Source: Nitrososphaeria archaeon
Lineage (GTDB): Archaea; Thermoproteota; Nitrososphaeria; JACIWG01
Reading direction: 5' to 3'
Assembly (NCBI GenBank): GCA_050011875.1
Contig: JBEKIG010000014.1
Span: 1-64,000 of the forward strand
DNA: 64,000 bases
How positions within the stretch are numbered: the stretch's first letter is position 1; every line of letters begins with the position of its first letter. The translations under genes and the position numbers were made by a program. Below, piece after piece: positions 30,063 through 40,917 of this stretch. A model generated the notes under the pieces. It did no database searches and had not been told where the DNA came from. It saw only the letters and a list, made by a program, of their open reading frames with translations.

Positions 30063-31070
30063 TTGGAGAGAATCGATTTGACTTCTAAATTTGAAAAAAT
30101 AGAAAGGCTAAAGAGCGGAGAAGTAATGGATGAAATACCGGTTAGCTTTTGGAGGCACTTTCCGATAGACGACCTTAGAGGGGAAGCCATCTACAACCGC
30201 CACAAAGAGTATCTAAGGAGATACGATATCGATTTGGTAAAATTTTCTCTAAGCGGCGGCTACATGCTAATCGCCTTTGGATGTGAAGTTGGATATACAA
30301 ACTCAATAGAAGGGGCAGCTAAAGTAACCAAGTTCAGTATTACTAAAAGTGAGGACTGGGAATACCTGAGAGAGCCTTCCATTCACGAAGGAATTCTATC
30401 CGACATGCTAAGAGGAATTAAAATGTTCGCTAAAGACGTCAAAGGATCAGTCCCATTTATTGTTACAGTTTTTTCACCGCTTACCGTAGCTTATAAGATG
30501 TCAGGAAATCGATTCCTGAGGGATCTAAGAACGGAACCAAGAAAATTAGATTATGCCCTCCAAAAAATTGCAAACGTCACAAAAGAATTTTCAAATGCAG
30601 CATTAGAGGCCGGTGCTAGTGGTATATTCTTCGCTGAACAGTTAGCTTCCTACGATTTATTAAGCGAAGAGGAGTACAAAAATTTTGGTTCCAAATATGA
30701 TATCGTTTTATTAAAATCTCTTGAGAATCGATCTTTCTTCAATGTCCTCCACATACACGGATCGAACTTGATGTTCGATATGCTTGTCCAAAGCTACCCA
30801 GTTGACGCTGTTAATTGGTATGATAGAGGAACATCTCCATCTCTTGAAGAAGCTTTAGGAAAATTTAAAGGTGTATTGATAGGGGGCTTAAATGAGAAAG
30901 AAACGCTTACAATAATGCCGCCTGAAGCAGTAAGAAAAGAAGTCATTGATGCTATAACCCAGACAGGCAGAAGAAGGCTTATACTTGGACCAGGATGTGT
31001 TGTACCTATGAACGCCGTTGAAGGCAACTTGGATGAAGTAATTAGAACAGCTCGGGAACATGTCAAATGA
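30063..31070 (+). CDS. uroporphyrinogen decarboxylase/MtaA-like family protein
   Basis: PVSFWRHF, FSPLT, LHIHG and ILGPGCV motifs. Confidence 0.85.
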   Translation: MERIDLTSKFEKIERLKSGEVMDEIPVSFWRHFPIDDLRGEAIYNRHKEYLRRYDIDLVKFSLSGGYMLIAFGCEVGYTNSIEGAAKVTKFSITKSEDWEYLREPSIHEGILSDMLRGIKMFAKDVKGSVPFIVTVFSPLTVAYKMSGNRFLRDLRTEPRKLDYALQKIANVTKEFSNAALEAGASGIFFAEQLASYDLLSEEEYKNFGSKYDIVLLKSLENRSFFNVLHIHGSNLMFDMLVQSYPVDAVNWYDRGTSPSLEEALGKFKGVLIGGLNEKETLTIMPPEAVRKEVIDAITQTGRRRLILGPGCVVPMNAVEGNLDEVIRTAREHVK

Positions 31071-31152
31071 AAATTCAACCTTTACTGTCAGATCATTTCA
31101 TAGGATCCATAAATTTTACTAACAAGTCGAACAACAATCGGATATTGTATCA

Positions 31153-32088
31153 TCAATAATTACAACAAAAGCTAATTATTTCATCGACACTCTTGTAAAC
31201 TCTTTTTGGAAGATCGATCAACATTTCTGAGACATGAATTCTTTTTTGCTTTGTCAGATCCATTACTTTCCAACCTTGATTTCGGATCAGATCTTCCTTC
31301 GATATGGGGAAATCTGTATCTTCAGAAAGAACAGCCTCTAAAGATCTGAGTCCCTGATGTTTGGTCACAGAAGGAAACCTTTTTTCCTTAAGATACATGT
31401 TTAATCTTGCCGCGTCTTTATACATTCTTACTCCATGAAAGGTTAATATCACCTTTTCGTACTTTCTTTTCTGAGTTTTATCGTATATATTGAGAAGCTC
31501 TTCGTCCGTGAATTGGTACATATTATGTTCACCTTTACCGAAAAGTCTCGAATATATCTGATCAGATTCGTAGAGTGGCATGTCTTTCGAAAGATCGATA
31601 ATATGAATAATGTTGTGTTCCTTCATCAAATCAATCAATGCGCTAGGCAATTGTTTTTGTCTTCGCCTTACTTCCCATGCGAGTCTTATGCTTCCAGGAT
31701 TTAGACTACTTAAGAAATCAGCTATTTTCCTTACCTTATGATCAGAATATTCAAGTGTATCCGGCGTCTCAATAACTATTGTTTCGGATTTCAGCACCCT
31801 ACACATCTTTTTAGTGTACTCAAACAGCTTGAAGGTTATCTCATTTGCTTCCATTTCATATTTGTGTGAGACGATCTTGTTTAAACGAACCGAAAATTCG
31901 AAGTTTGGTGGAACCCTCTTCCTCCAAGATTCAACTAATCGAAGAGGAATTGTCCTATAGAACGAAGCATTGACCTCCACAAAATTATAGATTCTTGAAT
32001 ATTCTTCAAGTGAATCTCGGCCTGGTATATTAAAATACGCCCAACCCCCTGTCCCTATCAGGTATTCTGCCAACTTAAACAAGCACAT
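31153..32088 (-). CDS. divergent DUF72 protein with C-terminal DUF2795-like domain
   Basis: IGTGGWAY, EVNASFY and WEVR; C-terminus DFPISKEDLI...LPKRVYKSVDEI. Confidence 0.85.
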   Translation of the reverse strand: MCLFKLAEYLIGTGGWAYFNIPGRDSLEEYSRIYNFVEVNASFYRTIPLRLVESWRKRVPPNFEFSVRLNKIVSHKYEMEANEITFKLFEYTKKMCRVLKSETIVIETPDTLEYSDHKVRKIADFLSSLNPGSIRLAWEVRRRQKQLPSALIDLMKEHNIIHIIDLSKDMPLYESDQIYSRLFGKGEHNMYQFTDEELLNIYDKTQKRKYEKVILTFHGVRMYKDAARLNMYLKEKRFPSVTKHQGLRSLEAVLSEDTDFPISKEDLIRNQGWKVMDLTKQKRIHVSEMLIDLPKRVYKSVDEIISFCCNY

Positions 32089-32150
32089 TCAAAACCTTTC
32101 TTAAAACCTTTATTAGCCGTTTACGCAAACAACTTTATCAGGAATAAAGC

Positions 32151-33317
32151 TTGGCAGTTCTATATTTTGGAACCTGCGGGTGGTCATACAAGGAATGGAT
32201 AGGCCCATTTTATGAAAAGAAAGAGAAGATGCTTACCTACTATTCTAGATTGTTCAGGAGCGTTGAGATAGACTCGACGTTCTATCGCTATCCAACAAAG
32301 GAGCAGATTTACGGTTACGATCGCACAGTATCTGGAGATTTTATCTTTACAGCGAAACTACCTAAAGTATTAACTCACGAGAAACTCTTGGATAAAAAAC
32401 TTGGAATAGAACAAGACCTTACAAGATTCTTGGAATTGATGGAGCCTCTTCAGAGCTCAGGGAAATTGGGCGCTATCCTCGTTCAGCTTCCACCCAGCTT
32501 CACTTACGAAAGCAATTTATTTAACTTCAAAGATTTCATTGAGATTTTACCCAAAGGATACGACTTCGCCGTAGAATTTAGAGATCCTTCTTGGCTGAGA
32601 GATGACATTTGGAAACTCCTAAAAGACCATAACGTCGCATACACCATAGTAGATGAGCCGCTTGTTCCACCAGAGGTTCACATAACCGCGGATTTCTCGT
32701 ACATACGCTGGCACGGCCGTGGCAAGAAACCATGGTATAATTTCGTATATACAAATGAAGAATTAGAAAGGTGGATACCTAATATCAAGGACGTGAGCGA
32801 AAGGGTTCATACACTTTATGGATATTTTAACAATCATTATCACGGCTATGCCCCTGAGAACTGTATTGATGTACTAGGCATGCTTGAAATGGCTACGCCA
32901 GAACAGCTGCGAATCAAAGAAAAGATTGTGAAATACAATGCTGGCAATCATCCTGCAGAATCTGTAGAAACACTTGAAGATTTCAGCATTAATTCAAGTA
33001 AATTGACCGTGGAGACTCTTCTGCTCCAATTAACTGATTATGTTCGTGTAGAGCGTGCGCGTACAATGAAAAATGAAGAATTAAGTTTTAAAGAAGAGAA
33101 GGATGACACTATTATCGCGAACATTCGTGGATATTCCATCAGTATAAACACGTCAGCAAATGTTATTTTACATGATTGCGAAGATTGGAAGAAAGGCTTA
33201 AATGATAAACGTCTATGTAAGCACGTTATTAAATTCTTTCTCATGTTACCGAAGGAACGGTCTATTCAGATCCTTACAAATATAATCAACAATAAGAACC
33301 AGTGGGAATTTAAATAA
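32151..33317 (+). CDS. DUF72 protein with C-terminal SWIM-like zinc finger
   Basis: GTCGWSY, EIDSTFY, QLPPS, EFR, RWHG and FNNH; C-terminus HDCEDW...LCKH. Confidence 0.9.
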   Translation: MAVLYFGTCGWSYKEWIGPFYEKKEKMLTYYSRLFRSVEIDSTFYRYPTKEQIYGYDRTVSGDFIFTAKLPKVLTHEKLLDKKLGIEQDLTRFLELMEPLQSSGKLGAILVQLPPSFTYESNLFNFKDFIEILPKGYDFAVEFRDPSWLRDDIWKLLKDHNVAYTIVDEPLVPPEVHITADFSYIRWHGRGKKPWYNFVYTNEELERWIPNIKDVSERVHTLYGYFNNHYHGYAPENCIDVLGMLEMATPEQLRIKEKIVKYNAGNHPAESVETLEDFSINSSKLTVETLLLQLTDYVRVERARTMKNEELSFKEEKDDTIIANIRGYSISINTSANVILHDCEDWKKGLNDKRLCKHVIKFFLMLPKERSIQILTNIINNKNQWEFK

Positions 33318-33491
33318 CACCAAACTAAGATCCAACTTGATTTGCTCTTTTTTCAAAAAAATGTTCGGTGTTGTCTTTTGCTTTTTATCAAACAACTGCA
33401 TAAACAACTCCATTTTTAGTAATTTAAAAAGTGGGACTATAAAAAAATTTGTATACATCCTCTAATAAGGTTTATTGAGCGATAACAGATC

Positions 33492-34169
33492 TTGTGGCTT
33501 GACATAGACCCAAATCTTAAAGAAGAGTTTCCAGGATTAAAGGCTTACAAGGTTAGAATAATGAACGTGAGAACAGAAAACAAAGAGCCATCGGTTACAC
33601 GAGGACTCGATGAATTGTTAAACTACGTTGAAAGAGATGTCAAGCAAAAATACACTCTTGAGAATCTAAAGGACTTTGCAATAATCAGATCTTACAGAGA
33701 TTTCTTTTGGCGTGTCGGAATAGATCCCACTAAAATTAGACCGGCATCTGAAGCACTTATAAGAAGAATTTTATCCGACAAACCTTTTCCACGCATTAAC
33801 AACCTAGTCGATTCATATAATCTAGCTTCAGTGGTCAGCAGTGTTCCAATCGCGGCCTTTGATATGGATAAATTAGTGGGAAACCTACAGATGAGAAAGT
33901 CTAGAAGTGAAGAAATATTTCTAGGGATTGGAATGGTTGAAGCTCAGAAATTGACTGGCGCAGAAGTTGTAGTTTCAGATTCAGAGAAGTTGATCGCTAT
34001 TTACCCTTATAGAGATGCCGCTATGTCACGAATTACAGCGACAACAAAAAACGTTCTCTTACTTATTTGCGGTGTCCCAAACGTTGACGACAGAATATTG
34101 GATGAATCAAAAAGAATCACAATAGAGCTCGTCACAAGATTTTGTGGCGGTATAGCTATATACGAATAA
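33492..34169 (+). CDS. stand-alone B3/B4 (PheRS beta editing-like) domain protein
   Basis: YRDFFWRVGIDPTKIRPASEAL.RR and INNLVD.YN motifs. Confidence 0.9.
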   Translation: MWLDIDPNLKEEFPGLKAYKVRIMNVRTENKEPSVTRGLDELLNYVERDVKQKYTLENLKDFAIIRSYRDFFWRVGIDPTKIRPASEALIRRILSDKPFPRINNLVDSYNLASVVSSVPIAAFDMDKLVGNLQMRKSRSEEIFLGIGMVEAQKLTGAEVVVSDSEKLIAIYPYRDAAMSRITATTKNVLLLICGVPNVDDRILDESKRITIELVTRFCGGIAIYE

Positions 34170-34402
34170 CATTCTTTGAAATCATTTTTTAATTCTAAAA
34201 CACTAAAGTAAGAAATTGATGATTTGAATATTATTAATAACTTATGGAAAAGATTTCGTCTAATCAACATCTGATAACGTGGTGGAAGTTTTTTAGAAGC
34301 GATAACTCTTGAAAGAGGACCTTTTCATCATTCTCTTAAGTAAAGGTCAATCTAAACTTTATTAAAGTCTATGTCACACTAAATAAATGGAGGAAGATAG
34401 TA

Positions 34403-35203
34403 TTGTTTAAGAGAAATTGGAGAGATATTGAGCCCATATCTGAATATGATAACAATTGTCATGTGAGGTATTATTTCAGGAGGAAGGATATGTTATCTTC
34501 AATAGGTGGTTACAAAATCACCGAATATCTTGAGTGGGTCAGGCACGTCACAATACCTTTTGGTAAAAAACTTCCATATCAAAGAAAGAACATGGAGGAA
34601 ATCCTTTACGTGCTACAGGGGGAAGGTATCTTACAAGTAGGAAACACAAAGAATGAAATCAAAGCAGAGGATGCAGTCTATATCCCAACGGAAACTCCCT
34701 ATGCGATTTATCCTACTGTCGAGAGTCAACCGATAATTTACATGAACTATGGTATACGAACACCACCCGATGCCTTAGAGGTTAAGATAAAGTCAATGCA
34801 GTACGATGAGAAAGTTGAATCAAACATAAGAATAGAAAGATGGATGTCTAAAAAGCCATCTCAGAGCCATAATGGAACATGCACGACATATTCTCTATTT
34901 ACGCGTGATATGATGAAGTACCTCCTCTTTGGAACGATGATGTCAGTTCCAGGAGTCCTGGGCTACCACAGACATAACTCTGAAGCAATATATTTTATAT
35001 CATCAGGTTTAGGATATGCCAAAGTCGGCGGAGAGGAACTTCCAATTAGAGACGGAGATGCTGTATACATTAACCCTTGTTTTGCACATATGTGCAGAAC
35101 CTCCCTTAAAGGACAACCACTTAATGTATTCTGCCAAGGTGTTGCTGTTCCATTCGATGCAAAACTTTGGACGATAGAGGATTTACCGGACCTGCAAATA
35201 TAG
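34403..35203 (+). CDS. tandem (bi)cupin protein
   Basis: EEILYVLQGEG...DAVYIP and HRHNSEAIYFISSG...GDAVYINP..AH. Confidence 0.85.
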   Translation: MFKRNWRDIEPISEYDNNCHVRYYFRRKDMLSSIGGYKITEYLEWVRHVTIPFGKKLPYQRKNMEEILYVLQGEGILQVGNTKNEIKAEDAVYIPTETPYAIYPTVESQPIIYMNYGIRTPPDALEVKIKSMQYDEKVESNIRIERWMSKKPSQSHNGTCTTYSLFTRDMMKYLLFGTMMSVPGVLGYHRHNSEAIYFISSGLGYAKVGGEELPIRDGDAVYINPCFAHMCRTSLKGQPLNVFCQGVAVPFDAKLWTIEDLPDLQI

Positions 35204-35437
35204 AATCCCAGTTATATTACGTTTTCTTAACTGGAATGATGTTCAAACTTAATTGGATTTATATTCGTCTAATAGCATGGTATTTGGATAAAAAATATTC
35301 GTGTAAGAAAGTACTCTCAACTTTTGATTTGTTTTAAATCCAAATTACTTACTAAATAACGATATAATATATGGTAATATAGAAGGAACCTTATAATAGT
35401 ATTCCCCATACTCTGAGCAAAGTTTGGAATTTCTTAG

Positions 35438-36628
35438 CTATATTTCCCCCTTATACATCCATTGAAGTATCTTTAACACATCATCTTTGTTCATGTCTAT
35501 TGGACTATTTGGTCTAGGGAAGTTGAGGAGAACATCTTCTGCCATTTTAGGTAAATTTTCTTGAGTGATTCCAAAATCCTTAAGCGAAGCGGGGATATTG
35601 ATGTCATCCGCCAGCGTTTTCACAGCCTTCACCGACTTAAGGGCAGCTTCCCTATTGGCCAGATGCACGGCACCTGAATCATTTTCAAAAGCTATCTGCG
35701 CTAGCTTATCACATGCCGCCGGAATATAAAATTTCATAACATAAGGAAGGGTTATCGCATTCGATATGCCATGCGGAACCTTGTATGCTGGTCCAAAGGT
35801 TTGTGAAATAGAATGCCCAATAACCATTTTAGCATTACATAAAGGTACGCCAGCAATAGTGGCTGCAAGAGACATGTTATATCTTGCCTCTACATCATTG
35901 GGCTTAAAGTAGGCTCGCCTTAGGTATGTTAAAACAAGTTTTATTGCCAGAAAAGCGAAAGCATCCGTTAACGGATTTGCTTCAGTAGATATTAAAGATT
36001 CTACCGCGTGCGCAAGGGCGTCCATACCCGAACCTGCTGTAGTATTAGGAGGCATACTAATTGTTAGCATCGGGTCTACAAGTGCTACATCTGGTATGAT
36101 GTTCGGGCTTCCACAGGTCCTTTTTTTGTTGTCAAATGTAAAGACGGCGAATTGTGATACTTCACTTCCTGTACCCGCCGTTGTTGGAACACATATTGTG
36201 GGGATACCGCGTTTTTTAACCAAATTGGGCCCAATATAGTCGCATAGATTACCGGGATTCGTTATGCTTGCAGCTAAGAGTTTCGAAGTATCCATAACAC
36301 TTCCTCCTCCTATGCCGACAACAATATCGAACCCGCCTTCCCTAGCAAAATGCGACATTTCTTCGAGAACTTCTATTCTTGGTTCAGGCTCGGCACTGTC
36401 TAAAAGATATGGGTCAAAGCCTTCGGCTTTTAAGATATTAACCGCTTTTTCCGGTGCACCCGCTGACTTTACAGATTTATCGGTGACAATTAATATCTTC
36501 GAGCTGCCTCCTAGATATTTAACTTCTTTACCTAGCCTTTCAAGGGATTTCAGACCGATGATGACCTTTCTTGGCATGTGTACTTCGGTGGATTTAAACA
36601 ATAAAGGATACAAAAGTGGAAAACTCAA
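35438..36628 (-). CDS. iron-containing alcohol dehydrogenase
   Basis: GGGSVMD, PTTAGTGSE, DALAHAVE and GHSI...PHG motifs. Confidence 0.93.
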   Translation of the reverse strand: MSFPLLYPLLFKSTEVHMPRKVIIGLKSLERLGKEVKYLGGSSKILIVTDKSVKSAGAPEKAVNILKAEGFDPYLLDSAEPEPRIEVLEEMSHFAREGGFDIVVGIGGGSVMDTSKLLAASITNPGNLCDYIGPNLVKKRGIPTICVPTTAGTGSEVSQFAVFTFDNKKRTCGSPNIIPDVALVDPMLTISMPPNTTAGSGMDALAHAVESLISTEANPLTDAFAFLAIKLVLTYLRRAYFKPNDVEARYNMSLAATIAGVPLCNAKMVIGHSISQTFGPAYKVPHGISNAITLPYVMKFYIPAACDKLAQIAFENDSGAVHLANREAALKSVKAVKTLADDINIPASLKDFGITQENLPKMAEDVLLNFPRPNSPIDMNKDDVLKILQWMYKGEI

Positions 36629-36733
36629 ACAAACACCCCAAAAATCAATATTTGAATAATATATTTAAATATTTTGCTTGGGACAAAATCATCTGTTTAT
36701 GACCTTTAAACCCTTCTACAATTATACAAGGCG

Positions 36734-38056
36734 CTAACTTCTGTAGCCGCCATATCCCTTAACAGTTTCGAATGCTGCCATAATGTTTTGGGGAGGAACA
36801 TTTGACATAATATTGTGGACAGCTGCGAAGATGAACCCTCCACCTGGTGCAAATGCTTCAATGTTCATCCTAACATTTTTTGATACTTCCTGTGGCGATC
36901 CGAATCCAAGCACCTTTTGGGTATCAACTCCACCCCCCCAAAATGATAATTCATCTCCAAATTCTCTTTTTAATTTCTTGGGTTCCATATCTTTGGCGGA
37001 TATCTGAACCGGGTTAATTATGTCTACACCAGCATCTATTATATCAGGCAGCAGGGAATACAAGGAACCGCACGAATGTAAGAACAGGTACAAGTCTGAT
37101 TTACTTTTTACATATCTGTACAGTTCCTTTTGGTAAGGTTTTATCATTTCACGATAAACCTGTGGTGAGATCAAGGGGCCTCCCTGTTGACCTAGATCGT
37201 CACCGAAAACAGCGATTTGAATAAAATCCTTTACAGAATCTAGCCAAACTTTCAGGTTCAGCTTGAAATATTCAATTAGCTTATCATTTAAATAGATTAT
37301 CAGATCTTTCCTACGAATAAGATCGACTAAATAGTTTTTGTATCCCAACAGGTACTCTCCTGTTTCAAGAAAGTTGCCCCCAAATCCGCCAAGTATCGCA
37401 TACGATGTATTTGCGTTCAAATATTTTGATCTTGTTCTAAGCTCAGAAGCGTCTTCTTCTGTTAGGAGCGGCGGCCAATTTATTTTCGGATCGTATGAGC
37501 TTTCAAAAAAAACGTCTACATCCTTCTTAGAATCAGCCTTCTCAAGAGGATGGTAGACGTCATCGAAGTATAAGCTTCCCTGGGGCATAATGAGCCTAAT
37601 CATATTTCCCTCTTTGAGAGACCAACCTTTTTCGCTATCTTTAATCAATCTAACTTTACCCTTTAACTTCGATGAGCCTGCAACAGTTATAGCTGTTGCT
37701 GAAGCAGAAAACGTGGAAGGGACTTTTCCTTGAGACCCATCGGGTAAAACCCATGGCTCCCAATCTATATCTGATGGCGCGGCAGGAGGCAGCGTCCTAC
37801 TCATATCTACTGCATCAACCTGCAACAGGTTCAGAATGGTTTCTTCGGGTTCAGCGAGTTGTTGAGCGATATCATATATCCTTGTTTCTCCCACTTCAAT
37901 TCCAAGATAATCTTTAAGTCTATTATAAGCAATACCCATAATACCACTAGAACGCATTCCACCCAAATCAACCGGAACCCTGTCAGGTTCTGCATGTCTA
38001 AGTGAAAGAAGTACTCTTTCTCTAGAATTCATTAAATGCACTTTTTCCCTCCCCAT
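36734..38056 (-). CDS. uroporphyrinogen decarboxylase/MtaA-like family protein
   Basis: RERV...EPDRVP, GDDLG, HSCG, WGGGVD and GGFIF..VHNI motifs. Confidence 0.88.
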   Translation of the reverse strand: MGREKVHLMNSRERVLLSLRHAEPDRVPVDLGGMRSSGIMGIAYNRLKDYLGIEVGETRIYDIAQQLAEPEETILNLLQVDAVDMSRTLPPAAPSDIDWEPWVLPDGSQGKVPSTFSASATAITVAGSSKLKGKVRLIKDSEKGWSLKEGNMIRLIMPQGSLYFDDVYHPLEKADSKKDVDVFFESSYDPKINWPPLLTEEDASELRTRSKYLNANTSYAILGGFGGNFLETGEYLLGYKNYLVDLIRRKDLIIYLNDKLIEYFKLNLKVWLDSVKDFIQIAVFGDDLGQQGGPLISPQVYREMIKPYQKELYRYVKSKSDLYLFLHSCGSLYSLLPDIIDAGVDIINPVQISAKDMEPKKLKREFGDELSFWGGGVDTQKVLGFGSPQEVSKNVRMNIEAFAPGGGFIFAAVHNIMSNVPPQNIMAAFETVKGYGGYRS

Positions 38057-38108
38057 TTAATATGTGTTTCTAAATGGATAGCGAGAAAGAAGGAGTATTT
38101 TCTCAGAC

Positions 38109-39323
38109 CTATTTTATAGTCAAAGCCTTTCTTAGAACGTTAAGATAATGGAGATAATTACTGAATGAGACATCATACGGAACTTTGTGGTCTACACTGG
38201 CTATAAAACCTCCCTCTTCGACAAGTGGAAGAACTCTTTTCTTAACTTCTTTATCTATTGATGCACCACCTTTTATTAGCGCCCTTTTGTCTACGCCTCC
38301 TATGATCGATAATTTACGCCCAAATTCTTCCCTAATTTTAACGGGATCCATGAATGAGGCTATCTCCAGAGGGGTCAAACAATTTACGCCCCCTTCGATC
38401 ATCAATGGTATAAGCTTCCTGCAATCGCCGTCACTGTCAACCATTATGATTTCCACACCATGTTCCCTCAAAAAGTGAATTATTTTTTTGTAGTGTGGTA
38501 AGATATATTCTTCAAAAAGTTTGGGGGATATAAGTGGACCGTTTATATAGCACATGTCTTCCCAAATATACGCATAATCAAACTTTATCAAACGAAGTGG
38601 TTCGCTTAAGGTTTCAATAACAAAATCTTCCCAGAAGTCGAGTATCTTGTGAACAAAACCCTTTTCAATGTACATGAACTTGACCAGCCTCTCCAGACCG
38701 AGGAAACTGCGCGGTTGTCCAAAGAAACCTGGAATGGTTATTGCTAAAAGCGCATCTGAGTTTTTTAAATTTGAAAAAAGCTCCTTACCCCAATTCTTAG
38801 GATACCTTACGATATCATGTGGTCTGTACCTTTTCTTTATCTGTTCAAAATCTTCCTTATTTTTTATAGGGAACTCTATCCATCCTGGTATCGAGACGTC
38901 TGTCAACAACGTTTTTTTTACAATTCCTGCTTCATCAACCTCGATTCTATACCTCTCGTTTTCTTCTAACGTCTTTCTAGTGAACCTTGGTATCGGACCG
39001 AAATCTATATCAAATGCATTGCATGCATGATAACATCTATCGAATTTGAGATATTCTGAAATCCCCTTAAAATATGATGAGACCCCCACCGTAACGTAAA
39101 ACGGAGCAACTTTACCCTCTCCGTCGTTCCGAACAGTAAAAGGTAAGCCTTGGGAATACCATTTATTAATAGTCTCCGGCCAAAATCCCAAAAATTCTGC
39201 AAATACAGGCCTGTCAGTTTTTTGGAACTTTAGGGTACGAATAAAGCGTTCCTTATCAATCATTATTTTGTAAGCTCCTTTTTTAAATAATATAAAGTTT
39301 TTTCCAACAATGTACAAATACAT
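38109..39323 (-). CDS. uroporphyrinogen decarboxylase/MtaA-like family protein
   Basis: WEDM, PLISP, VDSDG, GGVDKR and GGFI..VDH motifs; start probably at the internal MIDKER. Confidence 0.85.
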   Translation of the reverse strand: MYLYIVGKNFILFKKGAYKIMIDKERFIRTLKFQKTDRPVFAEFLGFWPETINKWYSQGLPFTVRNDGEGKVAPFYVTVGVSSYFKGISEYLKFDRCYHACNAFDIDFGPIPRFTRKTLEENERYRIEVDEAGIVKKTLLTDVSIPGWIEFPIKNKEDFEQIKKRYRPHDIVRYPKNWGKELFSNLKNSDALLAITIPGFFGQPRSFLGLERLVKFMYIEKGFVHKILDFWEDFVIETLSEPLRLIKFDYAYIWEDMCYINGPLISPKLFEEYILPHYKKIIHFLREHGVEIIMVDSDGDCRKLIPLMIEGGVNCLTPLEIASFMDPVKIREEFGRKLSIIGGVDKRALIKGGASIDKEVKKRVLPLVEEGGFIASVDHKVPYDVSFSNYLHYLNVLRKALTIK

Positions 39324-39473
39324 TGATCTTTTTCACTTATAAAAAATTTTTTTATTTAGATAAGATGTTACAGATTTGATTAAAAATGTACTAATTCGCT
39401 ACCAGACGTTATCGTACACGTTTAGAAAAGGTTTTATTGGGGGAATTAAAAATCAAACAAATGGTGTTTTAGT

Positions 39474-40409
39474 TTGAAATTTCTTTTTAAAATAGCTAAA
39501 GAGCGTGGTAAAGATGTTGAAGGAGATTTTATAGCACTTTCAAAGAAGAAAGAGCATGTCGAATTCGATACAAGCTTGCATACCTCAACATTGACCAAAG
39601 GTAGAGAAGTTATTTTCCATCTTAAACCAAAAGATGGCCCATTAATGGCAAAGCTAGGCACATTTCTTGAAGAGAATAAACTACATCAGGGATATATAAC
39701 TTGTGACAACGGAATTCTAAATGACATGAAATGCGCTTTCTTCCTCACAAAGCATAAACCTTCACCAACATTTGGCAAAGCATACTTTGCAGGGGAAAAT
39801 AAGATTACTAGCATATCAGGATTTTTTCTAATTATACCTAGCTCAAAAGAAGACAAGCGGTTCTTTAAAACAGTACCCCATCTCCATGTTGTTTTCCAGA
39901 ATACAAGAACAAGAAAGACCTTTAGTGGACACCTAGATGATGCAGAATCAGGCAACATTGAGCTTAAAATTATGCCACTATCAGGTAAGACGATGAGGAG
40001 AGAAACTGATCCAAATACAGGAGGCATGTACCTTAGAGCAGAAAAAAGAGAAGATTTTAAGCCAAAGGTTGGAGACACTATCCTTTTTGCATTTGGCCCC
40101 GAAGAAGACTTCCCAAATACACTTTTCAAAAGGATGTCATCTTATCAGATCAGAAAAGCAAAGTATTCTTTCGCCATTGGTACTCTTTGGTCCATACGTC
40201 TTGAAGGCTATGAAAAAAAGAGCAACATAACGCCAAAAGACGGACTGGAACTGTCACTCACAAGTGGTGAAGTATCATTCGAAAAAGGGAAATATTCCCA
40301 CAACACTAACGTTCAATTAACAGACAGATTTGGCAGACAATATGAAGGCCAACTCGTTAGTGGCAAGGTTAAAGATATTCTAGAAGGTGCGATTGAAGTC
40401 ATCTCTTAG
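39474..40409 (+). CDS. protein with two tandem PPC/DUF296-like domains
   Basis: Domain 1 PHLHVV...SGHL; domain 2 AIGTL...LEL.LTSG with His positions degenerate. Confidence 0.6.
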   Translation: MKFLFKIAKERGKDVEGDFIALSKKKEHVEFDTSLHTSTLTKGREVIFHLKPKDGPLMAKLGTFLEENKLHQGYITCDNGILNDMKCAFFLTKHKPSPTFGKAYFAGENKITSISGFFLIIPSSKEDKRFFKTVPHLHVVFQNTRTRKTFSGHLDDAESGNIELKIMPLSGKTMRRETDPNTGGMYLRAEKREDFKPKVGDTILFAFGPEEDFPNTLFKRMSSYQIRKAKYSFAIGTLWSIRLEGYEKKSNITPKDGLELSLTSGEVSFEKGKYSHNTNVQLTDRFGRQYEGQLVSGKVKDILEGAIEVIS

Positions 40410-40574
40410 AATGCGGAATCCAATGATAGAAAGTACGTATAACCGCTATAATTAAAATTATTCTCGTTAATTACAAAATCTTACAATACATTTTAAAGAT
40501 ATAAGAGTACGATACTAGATCATTTTAATGTATACATCTATATAGTAAAAGGCTGTTGACACTTATCATTACGA

Positions 40575-40787
40575 TCAAAGTGTAGTAGACTTTCTTCTCG
40601 GCCACCACCACATATGCATGACTGATAAAAATCCAGCAACAACAAAAAATATGGATACTCCATATTGCTGCACATTAACAGTGGACTGTCCGATTGCGTT
40701 AAGGAGCATAAATATTGCTATTATGAACATCCCAAGGAACATCAACGATCCGAGCGCTTTGGTTATAATGGTAGATATACGCATCAA
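40575..40787 (-). CDS. small two-TM membrane protein
   Basis: 70 aa; two hydrophobic helices and a basic tail. Confidence 0.6.
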   Translation of the reverse strand: MMRISTIITKALGSLMFLGMFIIAIFMLLNAIGQSTVNVQQYGVSIFFVVAGFLSVMHMWWWPRRKSTTL

Positions 40788-40917
40788 TTACCACTATAAA
40801 AGAATAGAATTATTATGATTTAAATGTTTCGTTGACTTGAAACCATTTTATTAGACACAGATAAAACATTCTCGACCTTTTATTTATATTTTCTAATCAA
40901 AGAAACGGACTTTTATA

